Shown: positions 1 to 15,829 of the stretch, piece after piece
How positions within the stretch are numbered: position 1 is the first letter of the stretch
Layout: each line of letters opens with the position of its first letter
Assembly (NCBI RefSeq): GCF_009914755.1
Contig: NC_060929.1
Direction: 5' to 3' (one strand)
Length of the DNA stretch: 64,000 nucleotides
Source of the DNA: the human T2T-CHM13v2.0 reference genome, Homo sapiens
Made by a program: the position numbers and the translations under genes
Notes under the pieces: model-generated
Database searches by the model: none
The model's input: the letters and a program-made list of their open reading frames with translations, nothing else
What the model was told of the DNA's origin: nothing

Positions 1-292
1 TACTATTTTAAGAGTCCCTGGTAAGTAGGTTCTGTGTTCATATTCCTAACAGTGAGCCCCCTATGCCCCTGTCCTATGGCGTTAAAGAAATCTTTATATG
101 TTGAATGAATAAATGAAAGAAGAATTTAAAAAATAGTTATCTACAGCTTGGTAGACCCTGTGTTGGTATTTGCATATAGTCTCTAATACTTATATTGTGA
201 CAAACTTTCAAGGAGCTACTAACATCACCATTTTATAAGAGAGAAATGTGAAATACAGGGTGGTTAGGGGATTTCCCAAGGTTACAGACTTA

Positions 293-678
<386 letters not shown>

Positions 679-1248
679 CTAGACAGAAGAGTGAGCTACA
701 CAAGTGAGTTAAGAAAGTGATATGCTAACACATTAATGATTAATAGGTACGAATTTGTCCATCAAATCTTAAATAGTTCCTCATATATTATACCTTGGAC
801 CTCTCTTCTGTTTCTTCTGACAAGGTTTTCTTGAAATAAGAAACAAAAACAAATGACTGCCTTCCCAAGGCAAAGGGTATTTTGGGAAATCTGAAGCAGC
901 GTTAGAGGTTTAGCCCAGTCTTCCTCACTACAGCCTCTTCAACATTTCTGAAAAGTGAATGTCCATCCTCCCTGTGAGAAAACCATCTCCCAAGACAGTC
1001 CCTGCCACTCTTTGATAGGCTGAACACTAGAAAATTCGTCCACATACTGATTTCCAACCTTCCCTTCTTATAACTTCCAATTAGAAGCTTGTTCTAATTG
1101 TGCCTTCCTAAATACTCTTCTTCATTCAGATATCATGTGCCTACCTAGTCTATTCGATCTTGTGGGGGAGGCAGGAAGGCAAACATTACTTATGCAATAC
1201 TCAAGTCAAATACATATGGATTCAAACTGAGTCCTAAAATGTATATGT

Positions 1249-1585
<337 letters not shown>

Positions 1586-3566
1586 TCATCTGGGAGGTAA
1601 GTATAAGAACCAGGGCTTGGCCCTATAAAATTTAATATTATCTCATTTTTACTTAAGAAATGGACTTGCTAAATCTGCTGACCATCCCAAAAAATCATCA
1701 GCAACTTGGAGAGTCAGCTTTACATTACAAACAAGTCTGAAAACTGGAATGATAAAAACCATGATGAAGTTCTAACTTGCTGACTTCTTGGCTGTGTTTG
1801 GACAGCCACAACTTCCCTGCCTTTCTAAAGGGGCAGAGAATAGAATGCGAAATGTCACCATTTCTACAATTTTATTCATCCTTCTTTCCAAACATTTATT
1901 TTTACTTCCTTAGGGTATGAGGAAGAGCATGTTCTAACACAATTGTTCTGAGTTGTTGCCAGGAAGTCAAGTGTATCTTTAGCATCACCTCTGGGCAAAT
2001 AGTACAAACAGAGGAAAATGATGTTTGAGGCCAAATGTTGAAAACTTGAGTCTTGTGTAGCTGAGCTAAAAGAGCAGAGAGCTAAAATGAAAAGTTAATT
2101 ATGTTGATTCTGTTTTTTTCTATGAGAATTTCTATTTAAAGGAGCAGCAGTAGTGAAAACAGGATGGGCTTTAAGTACCAACAGCTTTGGATTCAAATGC
2201 AGGTTTGTCAATTGCTGCCTGATTGAGTTCCCTTGAATATACATAACAAACATTTAATTGAGTGACTCCTCTGTGCCAGGCACGTTGTCCTTACAGAGCT
2301 TAAAGTCCAAGTAAGTTAATTACCCCTTGGAATCTTTTTTTTTACATCGAAAAGAAAATATAATACTATATGCAGGGCTCTTATAATTAAATGAAATGAC
2401 ATATCTAAAGTTATAAAGCCCAGTGCCTAGCATATAGTAGTTGCTTAATAAATCTTAGTTTCTTTTCCTTGTCTTCAGAATAACCAAATTAATCTCTCCT
2501 TTGAGTCAAACTGTGATTTAAAAGCACAGCCCTAGTACATCACTAAAAATAAAATCAACAGACAGTTCCACACATCTAGACACTCCTAAAATATCCAAAG
2601 GGGTTTGGAGGTCCATCAGCTGTGACAGGCAGACTTCAAAAAATCAGACTCAGATACTGCCCCATTCAAATAGTTCTATTTTGACTCCAATTTGTTTTTA
2701 TACAAAACAAAAATAAACTGCTTTTCATTTTAATTACCAGCCAGCAAGTATAGTATATGTAGCATAGAAATCAAAGATATAAATGATGCTGCAGTATCAG
2801 AACTGCTCATTCTAAAACAATCTATTCATTGTCTGTAATGTGTGAGACATTGTGATGGTATTAGACTAATAAAAGAAACAAACATGTCCTTAATCTGATA
2901 GAGCTTACTCTGTAGGAAGGGAGATATACATCTACCTTTAGGGAGGCTAAACAAAGAGATGAAACAAGACAAATATGTATTAAACATTAGTGGCCAATAT
3001 GCTGTATTACAAGCATTAAATTTTGAACTAGAGTCTCTAATGTAGGGATTCAGGAGAGGTAACAAAGTCAAGGAGACTTTTTGGGAAAAAAGTGGAATTT
3101 GAGCCTAGACACTTGAAGCTTATGGAGGATTATTCAATGCCTTCTATTATTCCTGTGCATAAAGATCAAATGCACCAAAACTCAAAGCAGAAGCCAGCTA
3201 TAATAATGCCTTCTCTTTCTGAATGCATGTAGTTCTGCATGAACTGCTTCATTATTCACTAGTACAAATTTTACTTGGGTCCCATCTCATCCAAAAGGCA
3301 GCATTAACTACTCTTGGGTAAAAGGTCATTGGTTTTTATATCTTTGTAGAGTTTTTAAAGACGCTGTTCAGTCCAACTAGCTTCCACTGCCTCACATACA
3401 CACAAAAGAAAGCAAAGAGAAATAAAGGAAGAGAGGGAGAAAATGCACTATTTGCATTTTCTGATTGTGAAAATTCCTCATTCCTACCTCCCAAACTTCC
3501 CTATGGGCAAGACGTAATCACAACCCAGACAGTGGATGCTTCCCCTCTTACTACCCAGAAATGGGA

Positions 3567-3959
3567 GATAAAGAAAATGTGGCACATATATACCATGGAA
3601 TACTATGCAACCATTAAAAAGGATGAGTTCATGTCCTTTGCAGGGACATAGATGAAGCTGGAAACCATCATTCTCAGCAAACTAACACAAGAACAGAAAA
3701 CCAAACACCGCATGTTCTCACTTATAAGTGGGAGTTGAACAATGAGAACACATGAACACAGGAGGGGAACAATACACACCAGGGCCTGTTGGGGGTTGGG
3801 GAGCTAGGGGAGGGATAGCATTAGGAGAAATACCTAATATAGATGACGGGTTGATGGGTGCAGCAAACCACCATGGCACATGTATACCTATGTAACAAAC
3901 CTGCACGTTCTGCACATGTATCCCAGAATTTAAAGTATAATGAAAATATAAAGAAAAAA
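3567..3959 (+). mobile_element. L1PA 3' fragment (about L1PA7/8)
   Basis: End of ORF2 (KKMWHIYTMEYYA..), 3' UTR G-rich tract and A tail. Confidence 0.92.
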
Positions 3960-4491
3960 GAGATTTGATATCAGAAATCTTTTAAAATTTTAAATTGTAC
4001 TTAGACTGGGCAAACTTCAGAGGTGAGTACTCTGAGACAGGGATTCATCCATACTCCCTAGCCACATCACTGTGAAGCCAAAACAACCACATTCCATTCT
4101 TGGCATGGAATACAACATCCTCCCCTTAAAGTACTGCACATTTATCTTCAGCTAAGTTGTGTACATTTGTTCACTCCAACCTTTACCTTCTTCCATCTGA
4201 AGTGCTTGATCAGCCACTGAGGAATCGACTTCATGGGAATTCATAGTCCAAAATTATATGGCCTGCTGTACATTTACAGCTTTCTTCAAATTCTCCCCGC
4301 TATGGAGAGGAGCCAGAGCTTTAATCAAATTCCTTCCCACCCCCACACATCCCCAAAAGTATAAGAGCCTATATTCTAAATCTACCACAGTCAACTTGCT
4401 ATTTATTTCATTTCCAAATAACCATACTCTAACCATAATTCAAGAAAAAGGAAAAAAAAAAGACATACTTCAAAAAAATACCTCCATGCCC

Positions 4492-4797
4492 TTTTTTTTT
4501 TTTTTTTTTAAAGTTCAGGGTTACATGTGCAGGATGTGCAAGTTTTTTACATAGAAAAACATGTGCCGTGGGGGTTTGTTACATAGATTATTTCATCACC
4601 CAGGTATTAAGCTTGGTATCCATTCATTATTTTTCCTGGTCATCTAATTTTACCTCTCCTCCTCTGGTAGGCCCCAGTGTGTGTTGTTCCTCTCTATGTA
4701 TCCGTGTGTTCTCATCATTTAGCTCCCACTTATAAGTGAGAACATGCCATATTTGGTTTTCTGTTCCTGCATCAGTTTGCTAGGGATAACGGCCTCC
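4492..4797 (-). mobile_element. Older L1PA 3' UTR fragment
   Basis: Poly-T followed by the reverse complement of an L1 3' UTR (ACATGTGCAGGATGTGCA...CCCACTTATAAGTGAGAACATG). Confidence 0.88.
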
Positions 4798-4916
4798 TTA
4801 TCTGCTAATAACAACTAAATACTGTTAGAAGGTTTGTCTCTGACAGTCTCAGTTAGTAAATTATATTAAAATAATTTTGAAATGCAGTTTTTTTTCTGTT
4901 CTAATACTTTAAAATT

Positions 4917-5204
<288 letters not shown>

Positions 5205-5744
5205 CTTTAAAATTATCCAGATGCCAGAATCAGTGAATAATGATCAATTTGGGTCTTGATTACATCTTTTTTTCAGTATCTAATGACACTTTGTGAGTAT
5301 CATTGTAGCCTACTGAGCACTATACAAGGTGAAGTACATAAATCCAGACTTGGAAGCTTACAATCAAATTGCTTTACCAATAATGTATAATATAAAACAA
5401 CTCCACCCTCTCTTTACCCTGCAGTGATAGAGTAGATAAGGTTTCAAATAGCCCCAAAGGGAACTTATTCCCAATGAGCTTAGATCTTATTTTATACATT
5501 GCTAAAATAGGGGATTTGTAACAGATTAATGTAGGATTAGAATAGTCACAGGTGTTCTCTCACACCAGAGAAAAAAGTACAAATTAGATGATATCATCTC
5601 ACTGTCTATTTTGGCCACAAACTAACCCTTCACTTCTCAAACCCTCAGTTTATTCTTCTATAACTTGGGAATGGTTCTACTTGCTTCTTCTATCTTACAG
5701 AGTTATCATGACCCTGAGATAATGATTTCAAAAATATACTGAAA

Positions 5745-6390
5745 ATGATGGTTTCCAATTTCATCCATGTCCCTACAAAGGACATGAACTCATCATTTTT
5801 TATGGCTGCATAGTATTCCATGGTGTATATGTGCCACATTTTCTTAATCCAGTCTATCATTGTTGGACATTTGGGTTGGTTCCAAGTCTTTGTTATTGTG
5901 AATAGTGCCGCAATAAACATACGTGTGCATGTGTCTTTATAGCAGCATGATTTATAGTCCTTTGTGTATATACCCAGTAATGGGATGGCTGGGTCAAATG
6001 GTATTTCTAGTTCTAGATCCCTGAGGAATCGCCACACTGACTTCCACAATGGTTGAACTAGTTTACAGTCCCACCAACAGTGTAAAATCATTCTCAGTAA
6101 ACTATCGCAAGAACAAAAAACCAAACACCGCATATTCTCACTCATAGGTGGGAATTGAACAATGAGATCACATGGACACAGGAAGGGGAATATCACACTC
6201 TGGGGACTGTGGTGGGGTCGGGGGAGGGGGGCGGGATAGCATTGGGAGATATACCTAATGCTAGATGACACGTTAGTGGGTGCAGCGCACCAGCATGGCA
6301 CATGTATACATATGTAACTAACCTGCACAATGTGCACATGTACCCTAAAACTTAGAGTATAATAAAAAAAAAAAAACATTAAAAAAAAAT
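5745..6390 (+). mobile_element. L1Hs (pre-Ta, ACG/G), 5'-truncated and 5'-inverted
   Basis: 5745-6087 is inverted ORF2 end; 6087-6390 is forward 3' end with poly-A. ACG at 6270-6272 and G at 6355. TSD ATATACTGAAA at 5734-5744 and 6391-6401. Confidence 0.92.
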
Positions 6391-7299
6391 ATATACTGAA
6401 ACATCCAAAATGCCAGACAAATAAAAGGCTGTCTTCTCTCCTAGCTTCCTTGGATTCTTGCTCTTTCTCCACCTACACAAACTGTTGGCAGGACCCTCAG
6501 CAAGATGTCATCATGCACCTGTGAGCATTCATTTCAAGAACAGCCAACCATTTATCTGGAAAATCAGAAACCACAGATAGGGCAGAAGACCTGCATGCCC
6601 GGATCCATTCTGTGCAATTTAGTTTTTTGAAAACAAATTTAAGATTCCATGCAGAAAGCACCCTGAACACTGAAAGTATGCACTTCCTTTACAAAGAGCA
6701 GCTCAACAAAGCCAGCTGGGTTTAGCAACCCCATTTCTTTCTTTCTTTCCAGCACTTTGCATCTATAGATCAATATGTTGTCATTCCAGAACTTTCACTA
6801 CCTTATTCTATCTTTCTCTCAATAACCTGTGAGGTTGCAGAACTTTCTTCCAACTTTCACTTATTGCATTTTTACCTTTAGCCTACACAGTGACCTGAGG
6901 TCAAGGCAGTCTTCCTAATCAAGAAGCCCCTTCCCCTAAAGCTCTGTAGATTTCAGAGCCCTTAGAATAACATTCCAACTCCATTCCACGGCTTACAAAG
7001 TCCATGAGATCCCACTTTTGGCCACTTCTTCATCTCACACCACTTTCTCCTTCCCTCACCAGCTTTCAGCCATGTTCACTTTTTGATTCTTTGCATATGC
7101 GACAAGCCTCAGGGCTCTTGGACATGCTGTTTCTTCTACTTGATTAGCTTTCCCACCAATTCTTGTATGGCTGGCTCATTGTCATTCTTTATCTCCCAGC
7201 TTATGTCATCTCAACTGAAATCATCTAAAGCCATCTCATCATTATCCAGTATCTCAACCTCTCTTTTGTTTTCATCATAGCATAATTTATGACTATTTC

Positions 7300-7568
7300 T
7301 TTTCTTTTCCTTTTCTTTTTTTTTTTTTTTGTTTTTTTTGAGATGGAGTCTCACTCTGTTGCCCAGGCTGGAGTGCAGTGGCACACTCTTGGCTCACTGC
7401 AAGCTCCGCCTCCCAGGTTCATGCCTGGCTAAATTTTTTTTTGCACTTTTAGTAGAGACGGGGTTTCACCGTGTTAGCCAGGATGGTCTTGATCTCCTGA
7501 CCTCGTGATCCGCCCGCCTCGGCCTCCTAAAGTGTTGGGATTACAGGCGTGAGCCACCACACCTGGCC
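7300..7568 (-). mobile_element. AluY with internal deletion in right arm
   Basis: AluY diagnostics (GCAAGCTCCGCC, ACCGTGTTAGCCAGGATGG). 16-bp TSD AATTTATGACTATTTC at 7284-7299 and 7569-7584. Confidence 0.93.
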
Positions 7569-8113
7569 AATTTATGACTATTTCATTTTCTGTTTTATTC
7601 ATGTCTCCTCCATAAAGGTGTAAGCTGAAGAACAGACACTGTGCGTGGTCAGCTCATGATTAGAGCTCCAGTGTGTGAACCATCACTCATGCTAACATAG
7701 TTGATGCTCCATGACCATACAGTGAGTGCGTGAAAAATATACATGGAGTGAAATAGGCAATTTGAGTATGTACACTAAATTCTGTTTCCCATGTGCATGT
7801 ACTAGAATAGGAATGTTGATTAACTTGTTTTGAAAAAGAATTCCTCCAGCAAGTGTAAATCTAAACTATTTTTGACTAACTTTGGGAGCTCCAGACCTGT
7901 ACTGTGCAACACAGTAGCCACTAACCACGGGCCACTATTGCTCACTTGAAATGACACCAGTCTGAATTCAATGTGCTGTAAGAGTAAAATATACACTGAG
8001 TTCTGAAGACAACATGAGAAAAAGAATGTAACATCTCATAATTGTCATTTTGATTACATATTAAAATAATATTTTTGATACATTGGATTAAAATATTAAA
8101 ATTAATTTTATCT

Positions 8114-8723
<610 letters not shown>

Positions 8724-10174
8724 TTATTTTTTTTAAAAGTAGCTACTAAAAAATTAAAATTACATATGTGGCTTATGTTAGATCTCTTGGAATGATGCTG
8801 GTCTAGAATATTCCTCTATTCTCTCATCATTTCAGAGTTAATCTGATTTTAATGCTTATGACTTTTTCTTAAACCTGCCTATAATGGTATATATTGAGAG
8901 TGAAAAATATTTAGAAGTCTCAAAGCCACTGCCTTAAATTCTTATGTTATTCTACAGTATTCTTATCTCATGCAGATCTTAGAACATTGTTCAAGTATCA
9001 TAAACTATAATACATCAGACTATGGGTGGGAAAACATCTTCATATAATTTTAGAATCATTATTTACACTACTGTTCAAATCCTTTAATTCTACTTCCAGA
9101 GCTACTACCATCATCTAGGCCACCGTAATCTCTCAACTGATCTGTATGACTGAAGTAACTTCCTAACTGGTCTTCTACCTCTATCTCATTGTTTTCCAAC
9201 AATAGACAGTGTAAAAGTCTTACATGCTGCCTTCTTGCTTGACCTGCCTGTAGTTGTCCACTAACCCCAGGATAAAGTTCAAATCTTCAATTCAGCCTTT
9301 AATTCCTGACATAATAGACTTACTTCCTCCTCTTGCCTACTTCCTCCTCCTCTTAGGCTCCTCACACCAGTCATTCTGAACTCCACTGTTCTGTAAAGGT
9401 GCCATGCTTCTTTTGGTTTTTGGATTTTGCTCCTTTTACAGAACCCACATCCATTACTCTCCTTTTATCTGGTCAACTTCTACTCTATTCTCAGCTTAAG
9501 GTTAGAAGCAGCAGGTGTGTCTGGTACATAGGTGCCTGCCTTGCAAGGGAAAGCATCTCCTGGCCTCCAGGAACCCACCACAGGGCTTGTGCTCTGTTGG
9601 TGGTGGATGTAGAACACAAGCCACATGCCCAAACCTAGGCGTGCACTAAGCACTCTCCACAATTCTGCCACTGAATCCTCACCACAAACCTGTGAGCAGA
9701 CAGCAGCAGCAGCATTTAAGTCCTGTGTGCCAAGACTTGTTTCAAGTACTTTAAATATATTTTCTCAGGCTTCAGGAAAACTCCCTAAGGTAGGTATTTA
9801 CTGTTTTCCTATTATATTATTCTCTTATTATCCAATTCATTGATGGGGAACTAAAGCCCAGATGGATTTAGTAAATCACCCAGCCCCATAGCAGGGGATA
9901 CGAGCTCCTGCGGCTTGGCTTGGCAGCCTATGTTGACTTGTGCAGGTGTTATCACCATTTTAGAGATGAGGAAACAAAAGCTCAGCAAGTTTAGGGAATT
10001 TTCCCAAAGTCACCATATCAGGATTTAAAAGACAAGTTAGATGCCACATCATGTTTTTCCCAATAGCTGTCCATACTCCGTCATTTTACCTGCGTTACAG
10101 TCGCCTACCAACTTACTGGCTCCCCCTACTAGACTGTATGTTTCTTATTCTTTAGTTTTTTTTATCTTATTAAC

Positions 10175-11430
10175 AGATTTTATTTTTAAAAATAGATTTA
10201 GATTGACAGAAAAATGGAACAGATAGTACAGAGAGCTCTTCTATACCTCTTGCAGGATTTCTCCTATTGTGAATATCTTATGTTAGTGTGGTACGTTTTT
10301 ATAAGTAATGAAGCAATATTGGTATGTAATCATTAACCAAAGTCCATAGTTCATTCAGATTTGCTTAATTTTCTAATGTCCTTTTTCTACTCTAGGATCC
10401 TACCCAGGATAGTACATTACAGTTAGTTGTCATGGCTCCTCAGGCTCCTTGAGGCTGTGGCAGTTTCTCAGACTTACCTTACCTTTGATGATCTTGACAG
10501 TTTTGAGGAATAGCAGTAAGGTATACTGTAGGATGCTCCTCCAGTGGAATTTATTTGATGTTTTTCTCGTGATTGAAGACCACAGAGATAAAGTGCCATT
10601 TCCATCCTATCACATCAATCAAAGGTACCTATATCAACATGCCTTATTTTCATGTTGGACTTGATCACCTGGCTGAAGAAATGTTTGTCAGGTTTCTCCA
10701 CTGTAAAGTTACTCCCCTCTCCTCCAAACTGTACTCTGCACCCTTAAAAAGAAGTCATGATGTACAGCTCACCCTTAAGGCTTAGGGAGCTATGCCAACT
10801 TGCTGTCTTCCTTGAGGGTATGTTATCTGCACAATTTATCTGGAGTTCTGCATGGGAGATTTTCTCCTCCTCTCCTATTTATTCAATTATTTACTTATAC
10901 CAGTATGAATTTATGCATATTGATTTTATACTTTGGGATAGAATTCAATGCTATATTTTATTGCTCGGATTGTTCCACTTTGGCCATTAGGAGCTCTTCC
11001 AGTTGATTTCGGTGTCCTTTTGACATACCTCCATCAGTGCAGGCTTTTTTCCTTTTTTTTCAGTACTTCTTTACTTTCTGGTTCTATAAGAGGCTCCAGA
11101 CTCATATACTTCCTTTGCTACTAGTAGCATCAGACATTTCTTCAAGAATTCCTGGTTCCTTTTATTAAAGAATGGTTTTAGAAATCAAGATCTGGGTGCT
11201 AGTTGCTACTGGGATGCCATTTCTTTTAGGCCCTCTCAGCTGACACAGAAAGAAATATATGTGTGCATATAACCCTATGTATATCTACATAAATATTTCT
11301 ATATGTAGTCACTTGTGAATATATAAAGTTAAGCAGGGGTTCTTGTTGATGTCTCTAACTTTAATTCATTACCACATGTAGCATTCTAACATCCTCCTCT
11401 TGCTTATCTGTAAATTCTCACTCCACTAGT
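10175..11430 (-). mobile_element. Old L1M (L1MB/L1MC-type) 3' fragment
   Basis: Characteristic TTTAGATTGACAGAAAAATGGAACAGATAGTACAGAGAG start and long T-rich degenerate body. Confidence 0.7.
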
Positions 11431-14400
11431 GAGAAATGACTGTAAGCTTCTTAAAGGCAGAATTAGTGCTTTAATCACTGCTGTATCCCAAGTATAGTGC
11501 TTGGCACATATAATGTACATGTTGACTTACTGTTGAATTTACTCCATAATCTCAATTCTGGAAGGGACTACAGATAAATTTGCAAATGTTACAAAATACG
11601 GATTTCAAAGACTAAAATCACAACAATTTATTAGGGCAAACAGTACAAGAGGGTGCACTAACAAAGGTCTGATTTAAGTGCTTTTATTCAACCCAGTGAA
11701 GGGAAAATGACAGTAATACATCTAAGCCATGCAAAAAGGATTCAGGCTTCCTTGAAAAGGATTCAAGTGGCATAAAATGGTTTGTTTCTCCACAGCAATT
11801 TACATTTATTAAAATAGATAATAGGCATAATCATTGTCAAAATAGAGCTTCTACCCTGTATAATATCTTAATACATCCTCAAAGTTCCTGACAAACAGGC
11901 ACAAAGCCATGGCAGATTAGAGTCTAAGTGGAGGATCACTCCAATAGCACAGCAGAAAAACCAATCTCACACTTCTAGGAAGGAAAATAAGACCTGAGAA
12001 CAGCCTTTGAAGGTGGAGGGTAAAGTACAAAGGGAAAGGTGCTAAAGTGATGCATCAGCTGGAAGTATAACTGGGCTCTAATGTGACACTCTGCATTAAC
12101 GATGCTAATTTATGTCTGGGTAAGCGTGTGTGGGTGACACAGAGGAATTTGAAGAGGTCTATATTATACCATGGGGGAGCTCATCTTGAATCTTTTGCCA
12201 GGGTACATGCTTTATGCAGGGACTGCTTCACGTGGGCATATATTATGTACATTTTGTGTCAGTTTCATGTGAGTAAATCACGTGTCTCTTTAGATCTATT
12301 CTAGACCCTTTCCAATCTATTCTTTGCACTGCAGCCAGAATAGTATTTTTGAAAAGCAAACTTGGTCACTTTCCCCAATCTTCCCTACATTTAAGCATTT
12401 AAATGGCTTCCTGTTACTCATAAGATAAAAAGCAAAAATGGCTCATATATTTTTGCAAGACTCTGCAAGATGTGGCTTCTGTCTAATGTCCATCCTGTGG
12501 GAACTTAAGCCACACTGGCCACCTTTCACTTTTTGAACACACACTCTCTCTACTGCTACTACCATAAAGCCCTTGTACATGCAGTTCTCCCTGCCTGGGT
12601 CATCTTCCCATCTCCTCTTCAACAGAGCTAACTCTTATTATGACTTTCGGATTTAGCAATTATTCTTTCACCAGGGAAGCCTTCCCTGTCTAGGTCCAAT
12701 AATCCTCTTATTACACACTCTCAGAGTACTACTAACTCCTTCAGAGTGCTTGTCACGGTTGCAATTGTACATTTATCTTTATTATTCTTTATTAATATAT
12801 TTCCCCAGAGGGTCTTGTCACTCCATATTCCTGGTATCTAACCCCATAGCTGGTATACAATAAGTGCCCAATAAACACCTATCAAGTAAATGTCTGAAAA
12901 ATGACCACGCAATCTATCCATACTGCTGTAAAGACTTTCTAGAATATTAAAGTCCTCTTTGGATTCAGAAGAATATGTCACTTCACATAATAAATTTGAT
13001 TGGTCACCCCAAGGATGAGTAAATAAACATCACTGCCAGGTTTGGTAGTTTCCAAATAAACATGAGGTCCTTTTTATCATATCGAAATGAATATTATTCA
13101 ATATTACATAGAAGTGGACATAAGAGGACATGAAGAAACAATCTCATGCAGTAAAGGTTCACAATGGTGCCAATCATCTCCTAATCCTGTCCCTCAGAGA
13201 TCTGTTTATTAAGTAATTTTTCTTTATTTCACAATATCTCAAATGCTACTATTGGGCTCAAGCTCTCATCATTGGCCTTGGATTTCATTCAACATTTAAC
13301 AAATATTTACTGAGCATATTTACTAGATTCCAGGCACTGTGTTAGAGCCTGGGATACACACTAGGCAAGAGAGACAGGTGCTCACCTTCAAGAAGAGAGG
13401 ATAACCAACACACAAATGAGTAAATAAAATGATTGCTGATTGCTATTAATGCTAACAAGGAAAGAGATCCTGTTCCATGTGAGTGAGATCATGCCCATTG
13501 CTTCATCATGATTGTAAGTGATCCAAATGCCTCACTGGGATAACCTGCATCATTATTGCTTCGTGGTACCAGGTAGATCACAGTCTTTTCTTTTTACTTG
13601 ATGAAGGAGTAAAGAATTTTCTGTTTTAATGCCATGGTTTCCTATAAGAATTTAAATATACTCACTTTCTCAAATTAAATAAGTGTAGGCAAAACACAAG
13701 GTATACCTTTTCTAAGGAGTCACTATAACACCTCAAAATCTCTATTGTCAGCTTTGATGCACCCCAAAAGATCAAAGTGCCTTGCTCTTTAAGATGCATA
13801 TCTCAACAGAGCAGCTGTTTCATTTCAAGAGAGTCTTCATTTTTTTTTTAGTGATAAGTTTACAAGCAGTTGTTAGTGGTACAGAAAATCTTACGACATC
13901 TGTGGAGAAGTTGTAAATTTTTCAGATTGGGTTAGGATTCTCTTGATAATCATTAAAATCCTTGAGGTCTAGGATAGCATTTGGAGCATAATTTGACCTC
14001 AATTATGTGTTAAATGTTTGCTGAAGAAATGGTGATGCTTTGAGAAAATTAGCTATTTGAAGCATGAGACCAGAGTGGAGCTGAAAGAAAAAAATTAAAA
14101 TTAAAGTGGCTCACTTATCAAAAACCAAAGCCACAGAGAAAGGGGACCAATAACAGCATCCTCTTCATTCCATTTTGATTAAGGCTGCAGGCTTATGAGG
14201 GGACAGGAAGCTGGGAGAATCTCAAGAAAAGAAAATGCAGTCCCTAAATGCCACAGCTCAAGAGGAATGCTCCAGCCTACTGTCTCCAATGGAGAAGAAC
14301 AATCTGCAGATTGACAAAGCCCTCTGTTTACACTCCTGAACAAATAAACTAATCATGCCTTTGTTTTTAACCTAACAAATCATAGCCTGATTACAGGTCA

Positions 14401-15424
14401 TTAGTGACCATTAATATGTGAAACTGTTTGCATTTCACTAGTATATCTGAATAACAGTCTTGCCTTTCACACTAGCTCAGTCAAGTTTCCAAAAGGAAAG
14501 CCCCGTTATCAGGCCACGAGCAGGACTTAAATTAACAATTAGCCTCTAGAATCGAACTATGATGCAGAAGAATTCATTATTTTGGTTCATTGTGGTTCCG
14601 CCTACTGTAGAACCAGTCTTTGCCTTTGTAGTGGAGACATGCTCTTTGTGCCAAAAGATTGTGTGACCACCTCTCTCCAAACATTCTCAACAATTCCCAA
14701 TGACTGCTAATGTGTTGGCCAGCAACATGAACCTGCTTATGTGACAATAGTATAGACGGTCCTAAGTTCACAATACGATGGCTGATTAGAGTACAGATAA
14801 ATGCAGGGAGCACATTGGGAATTATCAGAAACATAGAAGTGACAGGAAAAAGGTCTATTTGACAAAAAAGCGGAGGCAGAGTAGAGAGTATGTATACCTG
14901 AGTGAACCTGATAATCTAGAATTTTTAAAAGTGCAATTAGAGCTTTGGATTATCAGCATTAAGAGGCAAGATTCTTCAAAGGAATTGGATAATTGCCAAG
15001 CCTCCATTTCATTTTGTGCTGAGCAGTCGTCACAGAGGGGCATGGAGTGATTAACAGAGATTAAAGATCTCAGGAATGTTTGAGAACTTTCTAACATAGC
15101 AGTTGCCATTTAGGAGCAAACCCATGGTCCAACTTATCTAATGTTCTGTTGCTTCAAAAAAATGTCCCCTAGGAAATGCCACTTTTGACTACTAATGTGT
15201 TGAGGCCATAGAATTAGAGGCATTGCTAACAAATCAAGAAATGGCAGCCCATATATTGCTGCAATCATTTTTACTTTTTATTCTGGACTAGCTACCAACC
15301 ACGTGATTCATGCCCCAGTTTAAAATGCATAATGATAGTATAGAGTTCCATGTAGTTTAAAAAGTCCTTTTAATCCATTATCCTGCTCATCTCTATATCA
15401 GCTTATGAAAGTTAGATTATGAAT

Positions 15425-15680
15425 AGTATAGTAATGGTGCAAAACACAGGTTCTAAGTTAAACTTGTCTGTTTTCAAATCCTGGCTTTTCTACTGCTAAT
15501 AAGGTGACTTTGAGCAAATTTCTTAACCTTTCTGAGCTTCTTTTTGCTTATCTGTGAAACAGATAATAATGATGCCTACCTCAAAAGGTGATTTCAAAAC
15601 CCTAATTGAGTAACTAATGCATGTAAAGGGCTTAGTACACTACATGGCACATAATTAGTGCTCAATAAATATTAACTGCT
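15425..15680 (+). mobile_element. MIR
   Basis: Core GTGACTTTGAGCAAATTTCTTAACCTTTCTGAGC and 3' TGGCACATAATTAGTGCTCAATAAAT. One of many MIRs in the window. Confidence 0.7.
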
Positions 15681-15829
15681 ATCATTTTTTTTTTCCACCA
15701 GCAGCAGTATCCACTATGGCCACCATCTCCATCTTCCACAGAATAAGGAAAATAAAATATCTACGATAGACTTTTTCCTGAAGTCACCCAATTACTAAAT
15801 AACTGAGGTGGGACTAACCATCATCTTGA

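Noticed and set aside
5690-6472. 260-aa ORF, the longest in the track
   Set aside because: Chimera of antisense L1 3' UTR and the inverted ORF2 tail, created by the twin-priming inversion.
14396-14409. GGTCA-TTAG-TGACC resembling an estrogen response element
   Set aside because: Spacer is 4 nt; a canonical ERE needs 3.
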